DNA of 64,000 bases from Clostridia bacterium (GTDB lineage: Bacteria; Bacillota; Clostridia; Christensenellales; DTU072): positions 3,477-67,476 of the forward strand of contig JAFVRJ010000008.1 of the NCBI GenBank assembly GCA_017504305.1, read 5' to 3'. Shown piece after piece: positions 53,525 to 61,418 of this stretch. Under the pieces are notes generated by a model. It saw only the letters and a program-made list of their open reading frames with translations. It had not been told where the DNA came from and searched no databases. Within the stretch, counting starts at the first letter, position 1, and the number at the start of each line of letters is the position of its first letter. The position numbers and the translations under genes were made by a program.

Positions 53525-54351
53525 TGAACTTTTTTGAATTAAAAGATGCATCTTTAAATGGCAAAACTATTGTATGTGCCCACCGTGGATCAATGGGCGC
53601 TAACGTTCCGTGCAATACGTTAGAGGCATTTCAAATTGCTCTTAATCAAGGAACGGATATTATAGAGCTTGACGTTACCAAGAGTAGGGACGGGGAGTTA
53701 TTTGTGTTTCATCCATACATGGATTTTGCACATCTCGGCAAGCTAATTCCCATGCAACTTAAAAGCAGTAAAGCTATCAAAAAGTTAAAGTATCGCAATT
53801 TTGATTTTGCTTTAACTCAATATGGTATACCTACTTTAGATGAAGCTTTTGAACTGCTAAAAGGTAGGTGCGTTATTAACATTGATAAGTTTTGGACTTG
53901 CCCTAAAGAAATAACAAAAAAGATTTACCAGCATGGTATAGAGAATAGCGTTATAATCAAGAGCAACGTTAACGAAAAAGACTTAAATGCCGTAGCAGAA
54001 ATCGCCCCCAAGTTACCATATATGCCTATGGTTAAAAGTTACTCGCAAGGGCTTGAGGATTATATAATCAATAAAGGCATCAAACTTGTTGCAGAGGAGC
54101 TTATATTTGAAGATTCTTCCAGCCCATTAGTATCTGATGAAAATCTTAAGATGCTAAATGATAGAGGTCTTTTAACTTGGGTAAACACCATTGTGTATTA
54201 TTATAAACGTGTTATTTCGGGAGGATATACCGACGATAAAGCGGTTGTTGGTAATCCTCACGATATATGGGGTTGGTGTCAACAAAAAGGCTTTAACGTT
54301 ATACAAACCGACTGGGTAGGTGAGTTAAAAAAATATCTAAATAACAATTAA
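53524..54351 (+). CDS. Glycerophosphodiester phosphodiesterase family protein
   Basis: 'VCAHRGS', 'IELDVTKSRDGELFVFHP'. The start overlaps the larA-like stop. Confidence 0.8.
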   Translation: MNFFELKDASLNGKTIVCAHRGSMGANVPCNTLEAFQIALNQGTDIIELDVTKSRDGELFVFHPYMDFAHLGKLIPMQLKSSKAIKKLKYRNFDFALTQYGIPTLDEAFELLKGRCVINIDKFWTCPKEITKKIYQHGIENSVIIKSNVNEKDLNAVAEIAPKLPYMPMVKSYSQGLEDYIINKGIKLVAEELIFEDSSSPLVSDENLKMLNDRGLLTWVNTIVYYYKRVISGGYTDDKAVVGNPHDIWGWCQQKGFNVIQTDWVGELKKYLNNN

Positions 54352-54355
54352 TATA

Positions 54356-54384
54356 TTGACTTTAAATTCTTCATTTGATATAAT
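54356..54384 (+). promoter_or_regulatory. Near-consensus promoter of tRNA-Ala
   Basis: TTGACT (54356-61), 17 nt, TGaTATAAT (-10 at 54379-84). The tRNA starts 15 nt downstream. Confidence 0.7.
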
Positions 54385-54399
54385 TCACTCGCTACCGAT

Positions 54400-54475
54400 G
54401 GGGATATGGCTCAGTTGGTAGAGCGATGCGTTCGCAACGCATAGGCCAGGGGTTCGAATCCCCTTATCTCCACCA
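54400..54475 (+). tRNA. tRNA-Ala (anticodon CGC)
   Basis: Manual cloverleaf, 76 nt: GGGGATA/TATCTCC acceptor with the G3:U70 identity pair, ATGCG-TTCGCAA-CGCAT anticodon arm, AGGGG-TTCGAAT-CCCCT T arm, encoded CCA. Confidence 0.9.
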
Positions 54476-54935
54476 CATACGAAAGGACGAACATAAAGTT
54501 CGTCTTTTTTGTGTGTGGTGGAGATAAGGAGAGTGGTTAGCCCTTTTGCAAAGCAAATGGGGTGCGCAAGTTTGCTTTAGCAAACCTGGCGAAAGTGAAC
54601 GCATTAGCGTTCAGGATCATTTATTGACTGAAGATATTACAAGTATTTTATTATTTTATTTTAATTACTATAGTTGAGACAATCTTTCGCAATCCCTTAA
54701 CTTTGTTACACGAAAAACGAACATAAAGTTCGTCTTTTTTTGTGTGTGGTGGAGATAAGGGGAGTGCTTACCCCTTTTTCAAAGCAAATGGGGTGCGCAA
54801 GTTGCGTTAGTAACCTGGCGAAAGAAAATGCTTACATTTTTATTTATCTCACAAACTATCCCCAATTACAAGTTTTTATTTGTTCTATTGATATCTAATG
54901 AATGAGACAGTCTTACGCGTCACCCTTGTCGACAT
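54455..54935 (+). repeat. Tandem ~231-nt repeat (about 2 units plus a decayed third start) seeded by the 3' end of tRNA-Ala
   Basis: Unit 1 is ~54455-54690 and unit 2 is ~54690-54920. The 54486-54606 vs 54717-54835 core is ~88% identical by eye. Trailing parts also align (attacaagtattttatt vs attacaagtttttattt; gagacaatctttcgcaatccc vs gagacagtcttacgcgtcaccc). Confidence 0.75.
54486..54510 (+). terminator. Terminator after tRNA-Ala
   Basis: Hairpin gacgaac-ataaa-gttcgtc followed by TTTTTT. The same hairpin plus T-run recurs at 54717-54741. Confidence 0.75.
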
Positions 54936-55042
54936 CGATTATTTCAAAGCCAGCACACAATACGTCTATTGCCTTCTTTATTTTTGTGTGATATATTAAA
55001 TTTGAAGTTATTAGTCAAATAAGAATTTTTTGGAGATACAAT

Positions 55043-55405
55043 ATGAAACTGAAGAACATTTTGATTGTAGTTAAAGATATAGAGAAATCGAGAGAATTCT
55101 ATCACAAATTATTTGGTATAGACTTAGTTCTTGACAACGATGGCAATATGATTTTAACAGAAGGTTTAGTTCTTCAAGATGAGAAAATATGGAGATCGTT
55201 TTTAAATAAAGATATTATTCCAAAAAGCAATTCTTGCGAATTGTATTTTGAAGAGCAAGATATCGAATCTTTTATTGAAAAATTAGAAAGACTATACCCA
55301 AAAATTGAATATGTAAATCATCTTATGACACATAGTTGGGGACAACGAGTAATCCGCTTCTACGATTTGGATGGTAATTTAATAGAAGTAGGAACACCAA
55401 TATGA
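55043..55405 (+). CDS. VOC (glyoxalase/bleomycin-resistance/dioxygenase) family protein
   Basis: 120 aa. 'ILIVVKDIEKSREFYHKLFG' and a C-terminal 'RVIRFYDLDGNLIEVG' beta-alpha-beta-beta-beta signature. Confidence 0.75.
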   Translation: MKLKNILIVVKDIEKSREFYHKLFGIDLVLDNDGNMILTEGLVLQDEKIWRSFLNKDIIPKSNSCELYFEEQDIESFIEKLERLYPKIEYVNHLMTHSWGQRVIRFYDLDGNLIEVGTPI

Positions 55406-55635
55406 TTTTCAAATTCCAATTATCTATTGGATTAATTCGTACGACTTTTATGTGTTCGATTATGCCTACCACTACTCCACAACACACATAAAGACGAACT
55501 TGATGTTCGTTTTTTTCTTTTTGGTGAGTATATTTAAAGCTGTAAATTGGCATTACACTATATCATGACTTGCTATTTTAGTAATTTAGTGTTAAAATTT
55601 CATTTATATTTAAACAATAATATAGTGAGGTCTAT

Positions 55636-56241
55636 ATGGCATATTATTTAATAGATTTTGAAAACGTAAAAAATGTTCAAGGCGTTAATGCTTTGTCGAA
55701 AGATGATAAGGTTGTGTTTTTCTATAGTAAAAATGCAAATTCTCTTAATTTTTCTTTGCACGTTGAGATTTCAAAGTCTCAAGCGAGCTTTGAGTATTTT
55801 GAGATAGTTAATAGTGGTAAAAATGCTCTTGATTTTCAATTATCAACATATTTAGGTAATTTGATAGCTAAATATCCGCAAGAGAAAATTTATATCGTTT
55901 CTAAAGATACCGGATTTGATAACGTTATTGCGTTTTGCTCAAAATATTTAAGCTATTCAAAAGTTGCACGAATAGAGAATTTTGTTAGCGTTAAGCCTAA
56001 TCAAAAGGTAATCAAAGAAGCTACTTCCGACACAGACGCTTTATCTATGGTTGAAATTTTAACATTGAAGAGCGCAGATCTTGATATAAATCATGATGAG
56101 ATTATAAAAATTTCGGAAATTTTTGATCAATATAAAACCCGTCAAGCCATCAACGGAAATATGGTTAAGTTCTTCAAAAATAGCGAAAAGGTCGGCAAGA
56201 TTAACAAAGTTATAAAACCCTTCCTCAAAACTAAAAGTTAA
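55636..56241 (+). CDS. NYN/PIN-like (LabA-type) domain protein with an unknown C-terminal domain
   Basis: 'YLIDFENV', 'SGKNALDFQL' and 'IYIVSKDTGFDNVI' follow the order of NYN catalytic-Asp motifs. 201 aa. Confidence 0.55.
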   Translation: MAYYLIDFENVKNVQGVNALSKDDKVVFFYSKNANSLNFSLHVEISKSQASFEYFEIVNSGKNALDFQLSTYLGNLIAKYPQEKIYIVSKDTGFDNVIAFCSKYLSYSKVARIENFVSVKPNQKVIKEATSDTDALSMVEILTLKSADLDINHDEIIKISEIFDQYKTRQAINGNMVKFFKNSEKVGKINKVIKPFLKTKS

Positions 56242-56254
56242 TAATCAAAAATAT

Positions 56255-56283
56255 AGACCTCGCAAATGCGAGGTCTTGTTTTG
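56255..56283. terminator. Bidirectional terminator between convergent genes
   Basis: Hairpin agacctcgca-aa-tgcgaggtct flanked by A-rich and T-rich runs. Confidence 0.7.
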
Positions 56284-56291
56284 ATAGGGGA

Positions 56292-57188
56292 TTAATCTTC
56301 GTATAGGTGATACAATTCCATTTGGCGTATTACGTCGGGAATCGAGGTGATAACCGGACCAAGAGTACCGAGCTTAATAGATCCCATTGCCGCTGCATAG
56401 CTTAAAGAGTTTTGTGTTCCTCCAAAAAGTCTACCTAAAATATAAGTGGTAAAAATGGTAGTACCTCTGCCAATTCTACCGGCCCTGACCTTACTGTATA
56501 AATTTTCCTTATAGAAGTTATCTTCCTCGTCTAAAACGTACACCTCGTTACCCTTGGTGATCATAACTTCGTTTGCACCCCAAGACTTTATTATATCGCA
56601 AGCTTCCCTAATGTCGGTAGTTCCGGTGAGAATCTCTGCTTCAAAGCCGTTTGCCTTTACAAAATCACAATATGGAAGTAGTTCCTTTTTATGTTTATAA
56701 TCTTTTATCGTAATCCGACCTGACGTAGGGTCAACGTGATTCATAAACGCTTGCATATCGACAGCAATCATGCCCTTTGTGGCGTAATACTTTATGGTGT
56801 CAAGAGGAAAGTCGCCGTATACGTCGCCTGCAAAATAATATAGGAAGGTATCAACTTCCGGAATATTATCGATTTGAAATGGCGCGCCCTTTTGCAAACA
56901 TACTTTTTCTACCGCTTCTCTATCGGAATTAGGCATGTTGTTTTCAAAAGCGGCAGTCCTTCCATTGAATTTTGAGTACAAGCAACCTGAGATTCCCCAT
57001 ACCTTTTTTAACATCTTTTCGTCATGTTTTGATAATTTAGTAACCAAGGCATAATCTTTTTGTAATGATGCTGCAACGTAAGAAGCATACAAACAAGCAC
57101 CGCCTTCTATTACCACGTAATTATCGTAGCAGTCGGTGTTTTGCTCCATTGCAATATTGCCTATGATTACTATTTCATGCTTTGTCAT
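56292..57188 (-). CDS. PfkB/ribokinase-like carbohydrate kinase family protein (atypical C-terminal motif)
   Basis: 298 aa. N-terminal 'VIEGGACLYAS' (GG motif region). The C-terminus has 'GRIGRGTTIFTTY' where GAGD is expected. Confidence 0.55.
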   Translation of the reverse strand: MTKHEIVIIGNIAMEQNTDCYDNYVVIEGGACLYASYVAASLQKDYALVTKLSKHDEKMLKKVWGISGCLYSKFNGRTAAFENNMPNSDREAVEKVCLQKGAPFQIDNIPEVDTFLYYFAGDVYGDFPLDTIKYYATKGMIAVDMQAFMNHVDPTSGRITIKDYKHKKELLPYCDFVKANGFEAEILTGTTDIREACDIIKSWGANEVMITKGNEVYVLDEEDNFYKENLYSKVRAGRIGRGTTIFTTYILGRLFGGTQNSLSYAAAMGSIKLGTLGPVITSIPDVIRQMELYHLYED

Positions 57189-57877
57189 TATAGATTGTAC
57201 GTTTTTAATTCCTCAACTGCGATAATAGCGTCGTTACCGTTAAAAAATTCATCGGGGGATTGATAGGGCGTAACGTGCGTTGCCAAAATTTTGACGCCCG
57301 TTTTATCAACAATCTCGAGTGCTTTATCAGCGCTCATGTGTGGTCCCTTGAAGCCAATAGGCTTGGAACAATCTGCTAAAAGGTAATCGGATTTACTTGC
57401 AAGGCGCAATACGTTATCACAAAAGACCGTGTCACCAGTAATTCCTAATCGCTTATTTCCGGTTATTAAAACGCCGTGATTGGTTACCGGATGTTGCATT
57501 TTATAAAACTCAAGCTTAAGTTCACCAATTTGTAAATTAGTGTTTTCGTCGACATGATGCACCTCGAATCGTTTGTGTTCGAGTAGCGTTTTTGCCCAAG
57601 GAGTATCTTCTAAATGGGTATAGACTTTTAGTGTGTGGTTAAGGTCATCGAGTAGGTATCGCATGGGTAAAAGGTCTGAAGTGTGATCAAAGTGCAAATG
57701 GGTTAGGTATATTGCGCTTATGGTTTTTAGGTCACATATCTCCATTAGTCGCCCGAGTACCCCCGTGCCACAATCAACTAATATTTTAGTATCGCCTTGC
57801 CTTATCAAATAGCCACTACAAGCGCCGTTTTTACCTTGGGGATAGGGGCCGTATTTGCCCAAAATAGTTAGCTTCAT
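57188..57877 (-). CDS. MBL-fold metallo-hydrolase
   Basis: Intact 'LTHLHFDHTSD'. 229 aa. Its stop overlaps the start of the downstream PfkB-like gene. Confidence 0.8.
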   Translation of the reverse strand: MKLTILGKYGPYPQGKNGACSGYLIRQGDTKILVDCGTGVLGRLMEICDLKTISAIYLTHLHFDHTSDLLPMRYLLDDLNHTLKVYTHLEDTPWAKTLLEHKRFEVHHVDENTNLQIGELKLEFYKMQHPVTNHGVLITGNKRLGITGDTVFCDNVLRLASKSDYLLADCSKPIGFKGPHMSADKALEIVDKTGVKILATHVTPYQSPDEFFNGNDAIIAVEELKTYNL

Positions 57878-57975
57878 AGTTCCTCCTTCGATTCCTTTTG
57901 AATTATATAACGAATTTAATAAAATTTCAATACCTTTTTTGGCGGTCGGTCAATTTATATTATTAAATATAGGTA

Positions 57976-58004
57976 TTGACTTTTTATATAAATAGTTGTA
58001 AGAT
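57976..58004 (+). promoter_or_regulatory. Putative promoter of the surface-protein gene
   Basis: TTGACT, 17 nt, TAAGAT. Lies ~38 nt upstream of ATG 58042. Confidence 0.4.
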
Positions 58005-58041
58005 TTATACATAAAACTATGTCTTTGACAAGGTGACTCGT

Positions 58042-61000
58042 ATGCGAAAAGAACACAAACTTACAATTTTATTAGCTTTTATTCTCATTTTGGTCGTATG
58101 CATGGCTGCTTGCACTACAGGCGGTGGTAGTGATTATACGCTCAAACTTGTTGATGAAGTGGAATATTTTGAGTTTACTGCCGGTCAAATCGATTGGTCC
58201 AAAATCGTCTTTAACGTTCTTGATAAGGATGGCTATTTGATAAGTGTTGTTACCGCTACCGAGTCTATGGTATCAAGCGAGGACCTTGCAAAGCTTACCA
58301 CCAGTGGTATCAAAACGATCACCATAACTTACCAAGGAAGTAAATTAGAATTAGATTTTCATCTTATTCCCGCAGATGCAGCCACCGAGTTTACCGTAGT
58401 CTTTAATGCAGGCCTTGGCACTTTTAACGAAGATGGAAGCGTTACTGAAGGATCTAACATTAAAACATTTGTTGGATCAACTCTTGATGCTATTCCTGTT
58501 CCTACTCGCGCAGGTTACGATTTTGTAGGTTGGTTTGAGGACGAAAACGCTACCGGCGATATATTAGTTACGCCTTATGCGCTCAAGCGTAATATGAATC
58601 TATATGCTAAATGGTCCGATCAACGCAAATTTACCGTTAGCTACTATTTGTTCCATGACGACGTTAGTCTTGGCTTGGTAAGTAGCGTTAATAGAATTGA
58701 ATATGGCACTAAAGTATCCTTTATAAGCGCTGAACAAAAGCAAGGGCTTACCTTTGAAGGATACGAAGTTTGGAATAGCGATGAGGTTTATGACAGCGAA
58801 ACCTCTACCTTTATTCCCGCAAATCAACAAGATGCCTTCAACTGGGTTGTTACTTCCAACGTTTCAGTTAAGTTGCAATACTCAACCCACATGATAACTA
58901 TTTCATACGTATCTTCTGCATGGAAAGAAGGGGATGTCGTTGACGGAGTTACCATTATCGATGGTGGCACGGTCAATGGCGAAAAACTTGGGAAATATAC
59001 TACTCAAGTACCGTATGGCACCAATTTAGTTGCTAACCAATCACCCGTTCCCGTACTTCCTGAGAAAGATGGTCATAGCGGACTTTGGATTGACGACGTA
59101 ACCGGCAAAGAACCAATCTATGGTGTTTTAACTACCGAAATCAACGTTACTGCTCGTTATACGATTAATCAATACTCGATGTATTTCTACGACGAGAATT
59201 TGAATTTGCTTGAAAATTTAACTCGTACCGTTGATTACAATTCCTATATTGCTACAGAACCTAACGTCCCCACTAAAACCGGTCATATTGGTCTGTGGAT
59301 GGTATATAACGATGGTTTTGATGACTCGGTATTGGATGGACAACTTATCCAAATTTCTCTTAAACAACTTGCAATGACTAAAGATATTAACGTTTATGCG
59401 ATTTATAATCCCGAACGTTATCCCATCAATTTCTATTATAAAATGCAAGGTATGGACGAATTCCATAAAGAATCTTTCACTTATTCGTATGGAACTACTA
59501 TCGATAGAGCAATTGACATGACTTCCGACAAAGTCATAGACGGCATTACTTATAAGGGATATGATCCAAAATATTATGATTTCGAGTGGTATACTAACGA
59601 TGCTTATTTGAAGCAAGTAGTATTCCCCGACGACGTAGTTGCGGAAGCTCAATACTACTGTAAAGTAGTTGTTAAACCTTATCAAGTAGAATTCCGCTTG
59701 CCTTCAAACATCCAAAATTCAACAATCAGACCTGAAATTAAGACGATTCCCGTAGGCGAAAGAGTGGTTCCGCCGTCGTGGATTTTGGATTCACACACCA
59801 TTATGGGTTGGTATTATACTGCGGAAACACCTGACTACGATGCAGATAAGTCCTATAAAGTTGGCGACTACGTATATTACTATGAGCAAAGCTATAAATG
59901 CATTTCGGCTGCTACCGCTGGCGTACTACCTACCAATACTCTCTATTGGAAGCAAGAGGTTAACACCGTTCGTTTCTTTAATAGTTCGGGAGCAAGCGAT
60001 GGCATCGAGGTTAACGACTTCCATCTCTATGACGAAATCGAAAGAAATGATAGGGCTTTCTATGCTATATTACAAATTAAGAAGTTTAACGTAAGCTTCT
60101 ATAATATGACTTTTAATGCTGATAACCAAAAAGCATTTACTCAAGTAGCTTCAGCACAATTCGATTACGGCACTACAGACGTTCAGTCTGCAGTAGCTTC
60201 AGTCGTATTAAATAAGCCCGAATATACCAACGGCGTCGTTTCTTCTTTTGAATTTGAAAATTGGTATCTTGATGAAGAATTTAAAACGTTAGCCGTCGAG
60301 CTTGACAACCTTGCGCCTATTACCGGCGACGTAAAGATTTATGCTAAATGGGTTGATGCAATGGTCGGTACTGAGGGTCTTATTTATGAAGCATACAACG
60401 ATGGTCTTGCCGTAGTTGGCTTTGAGCCGGATATCGCAGAGTACTCTGTAATCAAATTGCGTATACCCGAAACCTACGACGGAAAGAATGTTCTTGCTAT
60501 TGGTAGTGAAGTATTCAATAACTTTGCCAAAGTTATCTTTATCGAGTCGATGGTATTGCCCTCAACTCTTGTTGATATTGCAGAAAATGCCTTTGCTGGT
60601 TGTTATGCACTTAAGAGTATCGAGAATAATTCGAATAGTTTTGTTGTTGAAAACGGCGTATTGTATAATGCAGATAAGTCGGTAATTATCTTGGCTATAC
60701 CTCAATATGAAAACGGCTTAGACGCATTTACCGTTCCTGCATCCGTTAAGAAGATTGGCATAGGTGCTTTCAATAATGTTGCTTCGCTTACCGAGATTTC
60801 GTTTGAAGCTAACTCTCAATTAACTGAAATTGGCGACTATGCGTTTGATGGATGTATCAACTTATCAAAGATAGCTCTCACCGAAAGTTTAGTACGTATT
60901 GGTGACTATGCTTTCCGTGGATGCGTATCTCTTGGAACTCAATCAATCAGTATTCCCGGAAGTAACAATCTTAAGAAAGTTGGATTCGGTTCCTTCGACG

Positions 61001-61413
61001 ATTGTTTGAGCGCTCTCAATAAGATTGGCAACTACCTTGTCATTGGTGGAGTCTTGGTCAAATACGTTGGAACAGAAACTAATCTTGTACTCGATAACTC
61101 AATAGTTGCGATTGCAGACGGCGCCTTCGCATATTCTCAATCTGATGCGGCAAGTTCTAACTTTGAAATTACAAATATTGAGGTTGGGCCTGATTCCAAA
61201 CTTGTCTACATTGGTAGTAAAGCTTTTGCTAACTGTTCTGCTCTTGCTCGTATTGATTTGAAAACAGCTTCAATGGTTGAAGTTGAAAATGATACTTTTG
61301 TTAACGTATCTTACTCTTGCAAGCTATACGTAAAAACTTCATTGGTTAGCATATATGAAGCCAATGAATATTATTTGAATAGTTTTGGTGCAGAAAATAT
61401 TATAGGAGCATAA
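58042..61413 (+). CDS. Large surface lipoprotein: Listeria-Bacteroides (InlB B-repeat/Flg_new) repeats + BspA-type leucine-rich repeats
   Basis: ATG 58042. Lipobox 'CMAAC'. Repeated 'GY.F.GW...........LYAKW'-type modules (e.g. AGYDFVGWFEDENATGD...LYAKW, FEFENWYLDEEF...IYAKW). The C-terminal ~350 aa has a '...IG..AF..C..L..I.'-type LRR. Confidence 0.8.
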   Translation: MRKEHKLTILLAFILILVVCMAACTTGGGSDYTLKLVDEVEYFEFTAGQIDWSKIVFNVLDKDGYLISVVTATESMVSSEDLAKLTTSGIKTITITYQGSKLELDFHLIPADAATEFTVVFNAGLGTFNEDGSVTEGSNIKTFVGSTLDAIPVPTRAGYDFVGWFEDENATGDILVTPYALKRNMNLYAKWSDQRKFTVSYYLFHDDVSLGLVSSVNRIEYGTKVSFISAEQKQGLTFEGYEVWNSDEVYDSETSTFIPANQQDAFNWVVTSNVSVKLQYSTHMITISYVSSAWKEGDVVDGVTIIDGGTVNGEKLGKYTTQVPYGTNLVANQSPVPVLPEKDGHSGLWIDDVTGKEPIYGVLTTEINVTARYTINQYSMYFYDENLNLLENLTRTVDYNSYIATEPNVPTKTGHIGLWMVYNDGFDDSVLDGQLIQISLKQLAMTKDINVYAIYNPERYPINFYYKMQGMDEFHKESFTYSYGTTIDRAIDMTSDKVIDGITYKGYDPKYYDFEWYTNDAYLKQVVFPDDVVAEAQYYCKVVVKPYQVEFRLPSNIQNSTIRPEIKTIPVGERVVPPSWILDSHTIMGWYYTAETPDYDADKSYKVGDYVYYYEQSYKCISAATAGVLPTNTLYWKQEVNTVRFFNSSGASDGIEVNDFHLYDEIERNDRAFYAILQIKKFNVSFYNMTFNADNQKAFTQVASAQFDYGTTDVQSAVASVVLNKPEYTNGVVSSFEFENWYLDEEFKTLAVELDNLAPITGDVKIYAKWVDAMVGTEGLIYEAYNDGLAVVGFEPDIAEYSVIKLRIPETYDGKNVLAIGSEVFNNFAKVIFIESMVLPSTLVDIAENAFAGCYALKSIENNSNSFVVENGVLYNADKSVIILAIPQYENGLDAFTVPASVKKIGIGAFNNVASLTEISFEANSQLTEIGDYAFDGCINLSKIALTESLVRIGDYAFRGCVSLGTQSISIPGSNNLKKVGFGSFDDCLSALNKIGNYLVIGGVLVKYVGTETNLVLDNSIVAIADGAFAYSQSDAASSNFEITNIEVGPDSKLVYIGSKAFANCSALARIDLKTASMVEVENDTFVNVSYSCKLYVKTSLVSIYEANEYYLNSFGAENIIGA

Positions 61414-61418
61414 TTTCT

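Noticed and set aside
54486-54840. Possible CRISPR array or REP-type element, suggested by the repeated sequence after tRNA-Ala.
   Set aside because: There are only about two long (~231-nt) units with no short regular repeat/spacer structure. There are no cas genes, and the content derives from the tRNA 3' end.
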